Shown here: positions 12,301-25,316 of the stretch, piece after piece
How the letters are laid out: every line of letters begins with the position of its first letter
Position numbering within the stretch: position 1 is the first letter of the stretch
Assembly (NCBI GenBank): GCA_964057225.1
Contig: OZ059897.1
Coordinates: forward strand, 13,144,001 to 13,208,000
Direction: 5' to 3'
Origin: Auanema rhodensis
Taxonomy: Eukaryota; Animalia; Nematoda
DNA: 64,000 nucleotides
Notes under the pieces: generated by a model
What the model saw: the letters and a program-made list of their open reading frames with translations, nothing else
Databases searched by the model: none
What the model was told of the DNA's origin: nothing
Program-made: the position numbers and the translations under genes

Positions 12301-15300
12301 TTCTCTTCTTGCTGTTTCAGTTTTTTGCCCCAGTACTTTCTATACAGATATCGTAAAATAGATATTTCAAAAATATGTCTCACTTGATTTCAAACACTTT
12401 GAGCTCAACCCCGTCTATCCATTGCCTTGATGTTTCTTTTATTCGCCTAGTAGATGTTCTTACGCTTGATCTTTTGGGACGAGAAGCTGAAAAAACAATA
12501 ATATATAGTTAAAATTTTTCTCATAATTACCTCTACTTGCACGCCTATCAGAACGTTCACTATAATCATCATCATCATCAGGCACATCATCTTCTAGCAT
12601 GAGAGCCTGTAAAAGCGAAATGTTACGATGATCAAGAATCAAAATTCAAAACAATAAAAAGATATAAAAGAAATATCACCTCAATTTCAAGTTGATAACG
12701 TTCATAAGTTCCATGTGGCGGTAACTCCTGATGGTTTACTATAGCTCTGATATCATCCCTATCTATCTGATGCACTATCAACCGCCCACCATCAGTTTCC
12801 TAAATACGCGTATAATTCTAATTCAGAAAGGTGTCAACCTCTTCCCCAGGTTCGAATTCCAACCATTTAACACAAAACCAAAGAATTTTCAATTGAAGAG
12901 CAATTGCATGAAGAGATCGAGCATTCGTAACGAGATACCTACAATTACATGAGAACATTTGAAAATTCAATCGTCTTACCTCCAACAGAGATCGAAACAA
13001 GGACGAGGGCATGGATAATTCCATAGTGTCATATTACTTTTAGCTGATAATGAAAAATTTGGAATGTATATGGCTTTTCTACCACCAGTTCTAGCTAGCT
13101 TACGTAAAATGCTGTAAAGATATAACTGACAAACCGCGAGTAATAAAGGGAATCTTACTTATCAGCAACTATTAAAATACTTTTACGCTTTGCAGATTTG
13201 CAGGTAAACTTATTAGGCTTTATGAGTGGCCAAATAACATCCGAACTAACGTCGTTCGTGGCAGATGGAATGACGTTAACTTTCTTGAATGCATTAGCAG
13301 ATAGGGTAGTATTAGTATCTGGAAAAGACAATGAAAAAAAATCATATCATCACAAACTTACGTTTAAAATCATCGGCATTCAGTTCGTTTCGCTTGAGAT
13401 AATTGGAACGACATGCATTTGAATAACACAGTTGAGACAAATCAAGCTGACTAGATATTATAAGACTTAAGCAATTATATATATATTTATATTTATATAA
13501 AGTAGTTACGTGGTAGGAATTCCTAAGCGACAACTGGGAGAATAGCAAAGTGCTTGATTCTTATTTTCTTTACTAATCTCTTCTAATGCGCGAACCTTTA
13601 AGAGTCTAGATGATAAACTAGCCAATCTCGAGATCTTAGATTGCAAAATTGTCTTCTAAATAAGCATACGAGAAAAGTATTTAAGAAAACAATCGTGCCA
13701 CACCTCTTCCTCATTCATGTCTTCCGACAGAATATATTTCGGAGAAGCTCTAACATCCCTAACAAGTCCTTTCGACACCCACATCCAACCACCTAGTGAT
13801 CCTCTACCAGCAACTCTGTAGACTTCATCCTGAATGCACAAATATAAGAAAAAGATAAGCATAATATTGCCCACCCTTTGTCTCCATAAAGTTTGCGGAC
13901 AAGCTTTAGATGGTAATATAGTATATTTAACTCTAACAATAGACTCATCATCATCTTCACCCATAGTTAAATCTCTTTCTTCCTTTTTCTTTTTCTGTAA
14001 CTCTTTAGACTGCAGGTCTCGATCTTCCACAGTTGTACGTGTTAATCTTGTATGTCCAAGACTGCTCCAGAATTGAGGATGAAAGAGCGTTCTTCTCATA
14101 CAGCATTCCATTTGGAGTAAAACTTTTGAGAGAGCTGAGTAGTTATCTGCTTTCGCCAAAGACTATAAAGAACAAGATAAACTGGATAAAAATAGCTACG
14201 TACAGTCCGAAAGTCGGCAGAAACTTCACCCCAACGTCTATGCATCATTTCTATGGGAATTTTTTTAGCCATTCTCGCTAATGTCCACTCGATGTATTTG
14301 GCTTGCAAACGATCATTCCCGTACATATCTCTACCTCGTGCTATGGACCACTAAAACAGATTATAAAGTAAAACTTTAAAAATTGTATATACCTGGAACA
14401 TGCCTTCGCCTTCATCAATGATTGCGAATCTTGTTGACAAGTATTTTTTCTTGTCTTGAATCTTTTTTCTGAGAGTAGGGTGATCGGCGAGTTCATGTCC
14501 ATTATAATGATTACGATATTTCCTGAAATAATTAATGCATCTATTTCAAAAATACATTACATACTTATAGAAATCATCAAGCTTGAAACCTCCCATTAGA
14601 AAGTATTTCTTTTGCTCGAGAAAAGGCGTTACGTCAAGATTTAGAACATCATTCTCTTAAAATTAATTGAATAATTTTTTTTTTAATATTACTACCTAGG
14701 TAATGTCCACTCCAAAAAGAATTGGTAAGACGATTATCTATAACACCCAACAGAGGTAGAAGTCTATCAGGTAATGGCTGATAGGTTGTCTAAAACACTT
14801 AACTAAGAAATCAAGTAAGCTATAAACCTGTACTTCATCTTCTTCCTTTTTGATTCCCTTGTTCTTACAAAGATCATTTAAAATATGTTTCATACGGTTA
14901 ACTAAATTGAGTGAAATGTATATTAAATATACAAATAAGCCGAACCGTTATCCAGATGAAGAAAACAGGTTATGTTATTATCTTTATATATTTCTCTATT
15001 AGAAATAGCCTCATAACGCTCATTACTAATTTCGAGTGTTATAGCCATCTAAAATTAAGATGTAAACTAAAATTTTAATATATTGTTACCTGTTCAACAA
15101 TCTCCTGCAATTGTTCACAAAACGTTTTACATAAATTATATTCAAGAAAGTGTGGGTCCATTCTTGAAAAAAGTTCGTATAATTGAGGTAAAGTGGAATA
15201 ATAGAACAACTCTGACTCATTTTCATCTTGGCTGAAATAAACTGAAGAGTAAATTGTTATCATAGATGACCTTACATGACCAATCTTCTTACAACAAACC

Positions 15301-16787
15301 AATAAACTCGACCATGCCTATCACGCCCAAGTGGTTCCATCCTCAAGGGTTGTTTAGTTTTTACATGATCAAAAGGTAAGGAATCAGAAACACCTCGAAC
15401 CTAAAACTCTATTCATATGTCATTCTATGAACTTGAACTTACTTCATTCAGCTTACAAAGCTCACAGTTCCATTCTTCTTGTTTTTCTGTTAAACCCGCA
15501 CATTGAAGATGAGCTGAGGCTTCACAGTTATGACACCATTGAGCAACTCCTCCTTTTCCACAAACGCGACAAACATCATCATTCTAAAGATGAAAATATA
15601 TTCAGAACACTTTTTCAAGCTTACCACAAAACGACCAGCATTACTAACAACTTTTCGGTACTCGGCTGAGTCCAAAAAACGATAACATAAAAAGGCAATA
15701 ACAGCTACGCGTATAGTAATATCAACAAAAGGGTAATTTGGTTCATTAACAGCTTTAAGAATTTCTATAGGTACACGTAATCGATTCCGATCAGATTCTA
15801 AGTACTGTCTCAAAACCTGAAAAACTTATTACAAGAATATATGAGAAAAAATAAATACCTCTGCATAAGTCATAGAGTCAAGAGAATACACCATTATATT
15901 GAAAGCATTATTTGTGTCATTCACAGAATAATGAATCTGCAACAACTAAGGAAACAAAAAAGGAGGTTTTACTTACTTGATCCTCATCATCACTTTTTAG
16001 ACAAATTTTTAATAATGCCATATGAATTTCAGATAACAGACAAGAATTATCCGAAGAATTCATAGCAGCACAAAAATCTTCGAAAGTGAATGCAGAAATT
16101 CTGAGAGTACGACGATAACTTCGAAAAACTTCATACAGCTTAAATTATTTATTGATGCATTGGTACTTAAAACTACCACACCTCAATCATGTCCATTATT
16201 AGATCAGGATGCACAGGTATATCACAACTCGATTCTGGTAAATCAAGAGGTGGATAACTAGCTTCTTCATCCACCCAAGGACAAATAATGTCCTAAATTT
16301 CTGATTATTAGTATTGAAAAAATAAATGAAACGAACGCCAGAATCTATTTCATTTTTAATTATTTCACCGACTTCTTCTGACTCTGGCTCAGAATCGTGC
16401 TCTGACACCTCCGGTTGCTCTGTAATATTTTTTGCCATGTATTTATGAATTTCGTGAACTATATTCCTATACAGGAAACTATTATGCACCTATATCTTCA
16501 ACCAGGAAGTCATCATCATCCTCATCTTCTTCAGAATGACTCTCGTAACCATAATGCTGTTCTATCTCTTCTTCTTCTTCCCATGGTGCACTTCTACTGA
16601 AAAAAAAAGATCAGCAAGAGCGACATTATCTACAGACTAACGTCTTGGGTTTTCTGCCACCCCTACGAGATGTGCTGCCTCTTGGACGTCCACCCCTACC
16701 CCTTTTGGAAGTGCCGCTGTTTACTGTTAAAGTTACATTTTCTGCATTTTGTCGAACTTTCAGGGAAGGTACTCTCAACCGTGGCAT
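6351..16787 (-). CDS. nurf-1: NURF301/BPTF chromatin remodelling subunit: AT-hook-like N-terminus, DDT, PHD, WHIM-like, low-complexity middle, 2 PHD, bromodomain; multi-isoform locus
   Basis: Starts MPRLRV..KRGRGGRPRG. DDT region (FEVIVVLRI..FTFEDFCAA), LFYYSTLPQLYEL, GRGSLGGWMW. C-terminal PHDs (HCICQKRY..CSSCNLWYHGKCVG; LYCKCRTEYNDSEFYVGCDGCQGWFHPACVG) and bromodomain (WPFQKP..YPDYRKTILKPIDL). Stop TAG at 6351-6353. Confidence 0.95.
10339..10440 (-). CDS. nurf-1: Alternative internal terminal exon of nurf-1 (ends an N-terminal 'Yin'-type isoform)
   Basis: TTTCAG acceptor in phase 0 with the upstream donor (..VMQA|GTAAGC). Reads SSSTAHDEDIVGYGEEFVVDGDFIGDFHPTMEQ* and has no downstream donor. 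Confidence 0.8.
   Translation of the reverse strand, partial: SSSTAHDEDIVGYGEEFVVDGDFIGDFHPTMEQ
11510..11780 (-). promoter_or_regulatory. Candidate internal promoter in a nurf-1 intron ('Yang'-type isoform)
   Basis: Unusually long, CpG-rich intron (GGCGCG, AAAAACGCGGCAGGTCGCGACGCG, AACGGAGCGCAA). The last motif resembles the CGCGCTCTATTG motif in the divergent promoter at ~25020. The next exon has an in-frame ATG (11491) 15 nt after its acceptor. Confidence 0.6.
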
Positions 16788-17347
16788 AGCTCCCTTACAT
16801 GTAAATAGGGGTATCTGAATTAAGACACATATTACATCCAATTTACTCGTACTTCACTTATCTCATTACATTGTTTTCATATTAACAATGAAAACCATAT
16901 AAGAACAATATAACGTAAAAAATTCAAAAAAAATTAAAATGGATGAGAACCTGCGAATCTAATCATGCCGCGAAAGCACAATGACACAAACAAGTCAAAT
17001 TATAGAAAAGTAGAAATCAAATTATAAAAAATGAACAAAGCAATATTTTTAGATTTTTTAGAGCTTCATACATAGATCTTACATTTTATAAGATAGTTTA
17101 ATTCAAAGCTATACACGAATTACGAAACACAGTTGTATGGGCAAATGACCTCTATGTGTATTACGAACCTCCACGCAGCTCTGCATGTCTGACTCTGACT
17201 TAATTCCACAAAAATGCTCATACCTTAGAGTATTTTAAATAAGAAACTAAACCAAGTAATTTCCAAGTGCTTATTAAAAAATACCCTTAAGCTCGTCCAT
17301 TTACTAACTGTATATTTCCTTACTGTGATCATTATTATGTCTAAATT

Positions 17348-17388
17348 CTACTGTAGTTTAGATTATAATATAAAATCGCGGCGAGACC
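17348..17388 (+). promoter_or_regulatory. Germline promoter motif pair (CTACTGTAG ... TCGCGGCGAGACC) in the divergent promoter between nurf-1 and the coiled-coil gene
   Basis: Exact motifs at 17348-17356 and 17376-17388, matching the m1/m2 pair known from C. elegans germline promoters. Confidence 0.75.
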
Positions 17389-17589
17389 TCGAATAGCGGG
17401 TATATTTATTATTTGAATTTGAGATGTTTTTTATAACGCTTAATAGTGATTAGCTAATATATGTTAATTTTGTTTGTTTATTTTTTGCATTATATTGTTT
17501 TGTGGAATGTTTACTTGAACTTTTTATATCTTCGCAATTCATATTTATCTTGTTTTGAAACCATAGAAATCTCATACCTTAGTTCTACT

Positions 17590-18275
17590 ATGGAAAGTAA
17601 AATGCTTTCGGAATCTCTTCACGAAGGAGCTGAAGCTCCAGCCGGTGCTGAATTGATGGAGCTGTTAGCTGCAGGGATCAACGATTTTACCAAGGTGTGA
17701 ACTTTATATGTATATATAGTTTGGTTTACATTTTAAGCCAGACCGTTGGGACAATTTCCACAAATGGATGAAGAGAATGGAAAGTGTTATGCAATCGGTA
17801 AAGCAAACGAAAAGCACAAGTAACCGAGAGGGTCGTGGTATGTTATAACTATTTTACAAAATCTGTTCTATCGCTATGCTTCAGAATTGCAGAATGAAAT
17901 AATTCTATTAGAGAACAACAATTCTCGCTATGGCGAAAAATTGCGAGGGTTGTTAGATTCTATAGATCAATTAAGTGAAGAGAATAACAAGTTAAGTGAT
18001 GAAATTGCTACAACTCAAGAGGAGATTAAAGGTGTGCTAAACTTTTCTATAAAAAGGGTTTTGGACATTTTAATCCAGAAATGAGAGAACATTCTAACAA
18101 ATCTCAAACATACATTAGAACTAACGAACGGAAATATTTTGGTATGGTTCAGAATATCATAAATAAGGAGATTAATAGGTAAAAGTTAATGAAAATCAGT
18201 TAAATTCACTTTTTTTTAGAATTGAATTCGCTAAGACGTTCCAACAGTAAAAAAATATGTGTATATTGTATCTAA
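17590..18275 (+). CDS. Small (~155 aa) coiled-coil protein of unknown function (5 exons)
   Basis: Phase-compatible GT-AG exons: MESKMLSES..NDFTK|PDRWDNF..EGR|ELQNEIILLENNNSRYGEKLRGLLDSIDQLSEENNKLSDEI..|EMREH..|ELNSLRR..CI*. Heptad pattern visible. Confidence 0.7.
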
Positions 18276-18735
18276 CTGAAACAATACAGAATTCTTCTAA
18301 ATCATAATGTCAGTATATCATTTATTTCCTGAATGCAACTGAATGATGTGGAAATAGGAAATAATTGTAAACATAAATTTAGATAACCCTGTCTATCATA
18401 TCCTGTTCTGCTCACTTATGTATATTGTTCAAGTATTATTACTGTTTGACACTCCGATTAGATTTGACAGGTCTTGTGGTAAATGTATTAAAAATTCATT
18501 TCAAATTTTCTCCAAAGATTTTTTAGATTTCCAGTATAGTAATTGAATTGAATATATACAACAAATGATGAAGATCATTATAGATGAATACAGAACTGTA
18601 GTAGTTTGCTTTAAAAATCTTCCAATGAGCGCTGTGGTGCACGGTTCATTCCATTTTTCACTATAAAGTTTAAGGTTTTGATGTTGAATCGAAATAACAA
18701 CCGTCGGCCATTTTGGTTCGTTGAATTCAGACATT

Positions 18736-19807
18736 TCATTGCTTTATCAATACAACAAAAACTGAGAGATTCGTTTTTAAAGACGGATCGTATATTTTCC
18801 TATAAAAATTAACTCCACCCAATTTATTTTAATTTACCTTGGAAGACATATGCCGTTGCTTAACTTCTGCACCGAAAGCGCCGCAACATTGCATCTCAAA
18901 ATTAATACTACAAGCTTTAATACTATCTCACTAACATGCTTAGCAATTATCTTTAAGCTATGATAAGTAATATTATCTTTATGAGCTTGTCTTACTGCTT
19001 CATCAGCATAATGATACAAACTAAGAAGTATATTCATATGAGGATTAATTAATCCATAACTGTCGTTGGGAAATTTGGATATATCTAGGGCGATATGGGC
19101 TTAAAATAATTATGCATTATTGTTTATGATCCAGATTACCCGACGATATTCCCAATGATGCACTTAAAATTAGAAAGAAAAAGTTCATAAGAAGACCTTC
19201 TCTGATTGAGACCCCAAAGCTGAATGTCTTAAAATAAGGGTAAAAAAAACTATTATTATCAGAACTCTTGTAATAGTTATCAGCAAGATTACAGAAATTG
19301 CGGATCCAGCAAGTAATTCTCTGTGATAAAAAATATATATATTATCGTTCATCTGTAAAGTGAGTGAAATTGCTAGATATTACAATTTAACTATACTTCT
19401 TTCTTAATAGTTGTTGTCATATTTGTTTTTGGTATAATATCATAACTCCGGGATAAAGGCATTTTCTCGGAAAAGATTAAAAGTAATCCAACCGAAACTA
19501 TCGATAAGGACATGCAAAACTTAAATAAAAATAAACTTTCTCTAAACAGGCGATTACTATAGCGATTTGATATGTCAAGGATTTCAAAACGTAAGAACGA
19601 TTATGAAGACGAATTGGTTCTTGCTTCAAGAAAAAGTTAAGCATCCTAAACATCTGAAACTCATTACATAAGACGAAAAAGAACTGATGAGCATCATTAT
19701 TTTTCAAGAAAAGTGTTCAAGCAAACCTTAAGAAAACAGTTTAAAACGTTTTGTTCGTATTCTTTTTGTAATATTATTTTCGTCGAAGTTTATTCCTCAC
19801 TCACCAT
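18736..19807 (-). CDS. Small multi-pass membrane protein of unknown function; both ends uncertain
   Basis: Chain of short phase-compatible exons with hydrophobic segments (FCMSLSIVSVGLLLIF; LLAGSAISVILLITIT; LLMNFFFLILSASLGI). Start is either ATG 19653 or the ATG|GTGAGT micro-exon at 19807. Confidence 0.45.
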
Positions 19808-20099
19808 TTCATAACTGATTGAAGCACTCGAAGGCGCACAAATAATGTTTTCACGTGATCCCACGTAAATGTCTATATTTATTCAAATTTAAATATTATA
19901 TTCATATTAAAATTTATATCCATAAAAAAAATCAGAAAAATTAAATATTAGTTAATGGTTTTTTTGGTAAGATATTTCCGATCATAATGGATGTTTTAAT
20001 TTTATATAATATTTGAAATGTGAATGCTATATTTTCTTGCACATAGATTGTTTTTATAGAAATTTTGAATAGTATAACATATGTATATTTTGAAAAATC

Positions 20100-20133
<34 letters not shown>
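20100..20133. repeat. (TA)n microsatellite
   Basis: Run of TA dinucleotides with one interruption. Confidence 0.85.
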
Positions 20134-21724
20134 GTGATAAGAATTGTATTATATAAGTTTGCGAAATCTGAATATGCTAGGAACATGTCGATTAACAAGC
20201 AAACAGTAATTTTGTACAAAAATTTTGCAATGGCAAAGCTGACAAACAGACAGGCAATCGAAAGGACAAGGACGGATAGGAAAAGTGTAGTAGATCATTA
20301 TGACTTACCTCTTGCGGAAAGCCGTCTTGTTCCTGATGGATCAGTTACAGGCACTTATTATCTCTGAGCCTGTTTCGAAAAAAAAACACAAAAGAAAAGT
20401 GAATAAGAGAAGTAGATACTAGAAAATTAAAAGAGAGAAAGAGGTGAGGCGAAAGATAGCGACAAGGGATATACCACTCCACTGAGCTCAACTGAGTTTT
20501 CACATTCCAACCCTAAAACGTTTGCAAATACAGATTGTTTGACCTCCTAAGCTGCTTCTAACAATTAGTTTTTCTTTTCAAAGGTTAAAAAAAGTTCCTA
20601 ATTAATTTTTTGAGACGTTAGAAAACTTACTACTAATCGTTATCTTTTCACATGTTGCTCGTCGATTTTCTTCAAGTGGTTTTGTCAAAACATCAAACGA
20701 AAATGTATTTGTCTAACATTATTAACTTTCTCTTTCATACATAATTATTATATTTTCCAGAAAAAGTTCATATGCTTCATTGTATATGTCTTAAATTATA
20801 GATGAGTCTGTCAGGAACAAAATCACCTTAGCTTTTTACATCTTATTCCCGAAAAATAAACAGAGAGCATCACTTTCTGTTGCAGACTCAAACTTTTAAT
20901 TTAGTATCAAGATAAAGATATTGATGATGTATGTCTAGGATAATAAATGAATAGAACAGTTTTATATTTTTTGAAAAAAAAATCTATCTGTTCACTGAGT
21001 TGTTACTCACTAATAAGTGTACCCAAAGCCGATGATTTTCCTATGCCACGCCCAGTAACGTCTTCGGGGACATGATGTACACAAGCAAGCTGTTCTATTA
21101 AGATTTGGTGGTTATTGTCTTTTTTCTTTTTACTTCTTTAAGTTAACCGTATTGAAATTATTGACCTTACACATGAATTTTTTCAATTGATCAGCACCTA
21201 TCTCATTGGCAATGGCAGCTGTGCTCAAACAAATTGTTCCAATATCAAATGCACAACTGTTGTTTTTATTTTTTACGGCCCGCGTATTTGAAATATGCTG
21301 ATAAATCCTTTTTACAAAGCATCTCTCTTAATATTTCATCTTTTCAAAAAAGGATACATTGCCAATGTATAACGTATATATGCATGCAACTTAAAGAAAA
21401 ATGTTAGAATGAGTGCTGCTTCTTCAAAGTTCTTATTCATTTCTACTTCCAGCTTCCATCTTCAAATTGCCTTAGTTAATGTGTCTGTTTTTTTTTTCAT
21501 TTTTTTTCAGAAAATAAATTATATTAGACTGCTGCTACCCCAAGTTTATAAATATATATCTTAACATTTATGCTTTCCTTCTTAGTTCCAGCTTCATGTA
21601 TATAAAGCTCAACATACTGGTTTATTTATAGTATTCACATTTTTTCCGTAAAACTTTGAATTTGTTCATGTTTTTTCTTTCTATTCTTTTTTGAAAACTG
21701 TTGTAATAATTAAAGCCGCGCAAA

Positions 21725-23633
21725 ATGGATTTCGAAGAAGAACCGCAAGCAAAGGTAGATAATGAAAGGATTTCAATTTCTGTTGTGCAGGTTTGGTTTT
21801 AATTCGAGTAAAAAAAAGTTTGTTTTTTTCTTCAGAATCAAGGACGATTCCGACGAGCAATACCATGTATGCCGATGCCATTGGCTGGGTTCTGCTGCTT
21901 GTGCAATGTCTTTGTGCCAGGATTAGGTTAAATTTGTTAATTGAAATATTGTTGAGCTAAGAAATTTATACTAGAACAAAAAGAAATAAGCGGTTAATTA
22001 GTGAGCAATCAGCGGTACAATTTTAAACATCTCTCTATTACATATGAAGTATTCATCTCTCTCCTGTTCGTTTACATATGTCTTAAGGAATGCCAAATAG
22101 CTTTTCAAGGACTTCTAGTATCTATTCCATCAGACTAAATGCACTTTCTTCCATCCTAATATTGGTTGTTTCATCTATTCTCTTTCCTCTTAACATACTG
22201 TCTTATTTTCTCTTCATCACTCTCTTCATTCCTCTTCATATTTTTGTTTCGCTATTTGAAACCTCATTTGGCCAATTTAAAAGATAAAAACTACCTGAAG
22301 TGTTCCAGATGGTGAAGCTTCCCGGTCATCTTGAACATATTTTGGCTTTAGACTCTATGGCAATAAAATTTTCGAAAATGAATGAGAGAAATATATCTGA
22401 GGGTTTATATAATACTTACAACAGTTTTTTGATGTTAACAGAATATCTAAAAAGTACTCACTGCAAAGAAGTGATTTGAACTCTTCAGAACTGAATTTTT
22501 TTGTTTCCTCTTTTCATTCTGTCTATTCCCTAAAGACTGCTTTTAATTTGGAAAATCTGAGAGGAGAGTGAGCTGCTTTTTTAAGATGCAATTCGAGTGA
22601 CTAGGAACAACAAGTTCAGTAACAGACTTCTTGAAATTATTTTGAGCAGTATCTGATGCTTTCCCACAGAAACATAAATTTCAACAATTTGTAGATGAAA
22701 CAGTTGATATTTTTTGTTTAGGCACTTTCTTATCAGCTCTGTCTGTGCTTTGTTGTGCTGATCGACGAACAGAGACTAAACTAGGCTCATTGGGTATAAA
22801 TTGTCTGGCAGCTTTTCTTCAAGTAAGCTATCTAAATTGACAATTCGTGCCATTATTTTTGATAACAGTTCTTTATACTAATTATGAATTATTGAGAAAA
22901 TACTTACAGCTCTTGACTGCTCCTCTGATTGTCGGAATAGTTTGGTCAGTTATTTGGGGAGTGCTCTTCATACAAATAGCTCGTAAGTGGTACATATCGT
23001 CAGTTGATAATCGGTATTCGTCGCTTGATTGTTGTCCCTGTAGTCGTTGGTAATGTTCTGCCTGTTTCTAAAATATTCTTATACGTTTTTTTTAATTTTT
23101 ACAATATATTTATATTCTTGTTCCAATTGGATAAAGAAAAAAGGACTGGTCGTCCACTTACTCAAAATTTAAAGGATTTTGTTCTTTTATTAATGTTGCT
23201 TGTTATATTTAATATGACAGAAAAGTAGTAGCTTTACTAGTCAATTCCATGAAGTTTCAAAAGCATCAGCTCTATGTACAAATTATTGTCCTTGATCTTG
23301 AAATTTTCATAAAAACGAAGACTACTCTTCTATTTATTACTATCCTAATCAGCATTTGCCTTAAGTTATGTGATGTCCCGTCTTGTGTTCTCACCTGCTT
23401 CATGTGCGTGTATAAATTTTTATGCTTACAATTTAATGTTTTTCTGTAGCGTATTAATTTATTTGTATCTATTTAGAGAAAATTATGTTTATGTAGTTCT
23501 GTTTTATTTATTAGTCAATATTTTATGTTAGAAAAAAGTTCCGAATTCAGACGAACAAGAAAGAGAGCAACGAATTGCTCGCAGACAAGCAAGAGAATTC
23601 GCTGAGTGCATGGAACAGCCAAGATCTTTTTGA
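21725..23633 (+). CDS. Stum/SPEC3-family small membrane protein; frame of the last exon uncertain (stop at 23605 or 23633)
   Basis: [10 protein letters not shown]|[30 protein letters not shown]|[21 protein letters not shown]|[17 protein letters not shown] matches the stum/SPEC3 signature (AIP.MP.P.A..C..N...PGLGT...VGW..S..WG). Confidence 0.82.
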
Positions 23634-23851
23634 ATATCCAACTTGCTCTAAGTTTAAATCATTCCCAAAACTATTGTTTTAAACATGAACTATATGAGTA
23701 TTAATGAATTTTTTATTTGCGAAATAATCAGGTAGATAGCTTTCCCGAGTAAGTTTTGATTGTTACAATATAAAATAAAAAGAGATTCCAATAAAAACTA
23801 CGATATATATGTTTAATAATGATCAGAGAATACTGGATGTTAAGGTACGCA

Positions 23852-24376
23852 TTATAAACCATACTGACTGAGATCGTTACCCCAATTTTGAGGAACTTTC
23901 TTCCTAATAGTTAATATACAACAATTGGGCTTGAGTTTAAATGAAACATCTTCAATTTCCCCTGGGAATTTGGGAACCTACAAAAAAACATTTAAAATAT
24001 TTTTGATCAGACAGAAGAAAACCTGGTAAAAGCGGGAATCAAGAACTGTCTTAACGGGGGGTTTCTTTTTCTTGTCAACTTTTACGATCTCAACTGTGCA
24101 TGACATACTTCTAAAATATGACTATTTTAAGACAATAAAGTTTTCATACTCACGTGACGTCACTTTTTATATAAACTTCAGTATTGGAAGCTTTCATTAG
24201 AGATTTTGGACGAATTCCTTGAACAACTAGTTGAATCGACAACGCCTCCATACTGTCATCATAACGGCCTGAAAATAAGATAATACTTTTACTTCATTAT
24301 ATAAAAATTGATTTAAAAACAAAAAGTTTGGCTTACATCCATCAGGCCCACGGAGATTACTCGATGTTGAAGCCAT
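23852..24376 (-). CDS. Small (~125 aa) protein, probable CS/p23-like (HSP20-like) beta-sandwich
   Basis: 4 phase-compatible exons: MASTSNLRGPDG|CRYDDSMEALSIQLVV..|..|VPKFPGEIEDVSFKLKPNCCILTIRKKVPQNW. The end resembles the CS-domain 'L.L.K....W' terminus. Fold call is an inference. Confidence 0.6.
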
Positions 24377-25316
24377 TTTCCTATTATAGGTAGCCTCTAG
24401 GCATTATTCGTAACACATGAAATTCTAAAATTATGATATCAATAGCACGACATAGGAGATAGAGTGAATTTGAAATGCACTATAACCGGCCAAGATAAAA
24501 GAGAAGAATACTTCAAATTGATGACTCATTATTTACATGAAAAGAAGACGAACTCATCTCAACTTTCTCAAACCCTTGAATATAGGAAGAAACTATGAGA
24601 TAGCCAAGAAACTTGGAAACGTCTTCGGCAATTTTTAAAAAATCAATGGCACAGCTTAAAGCGTGTAGAATGTATAGCTCAAATGATGAAATTAGAAAGA
24701 AATCAATAAGTGGATGAGGACCCCTCAGACAGGAATATTGTTCGAGGTCGTCAAACGAAGCCCATAACGTTTCTGCGCATTCATTCTCTTCTCGTAATTT
24801 GAAACACGAAATGCCAACAGTTTCTCACTGACAAACTAGTTTTAAATAAAAAGGATATACCTATCAAGCTCACTAATCGATTTCGCAATAAATAATTCAA
24901 GCTAAAAAGTGAAACGTAGTCGTAAAAGATATAATTCCATTATAAACTAAATTATGTAATTATTAATAAGTCATAAAGTTATCAAATAACTTAGCTATAT
25001 TTTGAAATTAAAGGATTGCTCGCGCTCTATTGCGAAAGTGACGTGAAGTGGCCAAATTGGAAGATAGATGTTACGCAACGTTATACAATCCGACAAACTT
25101 AAAAGTCTTGAATACCAAGAAGAAAATAGTGAACAGTTATTCTCCGCTTATCGATTTTTTTGCTTAGAAAGTTCAATTCCATATTTCTATATTATAAAAA
25201 CTTTATTTAAATATTGTCTTGTTTTTTCATCTGATTTATTTCCTATCAAAATTGTGTATCATTTCTTCTATTTTATTAACATTTGACTATTTCTAATGAA
25301 AATGGAATTATAGAAG

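Noticed and set aside
12849-12860. GGTTCGAATTCC resembling a tRNA T-loop or B box
   Set aside because: Lies in a nurf-1 coding exon (antisense), with no cloverleaf.
20065-20367. 100-aa ORF from the track
   Set aside because: Partly a TA microsatellite (YIYI run). The distal part could be an upstream stum-like exon, but no in-phase canonical junction was found.
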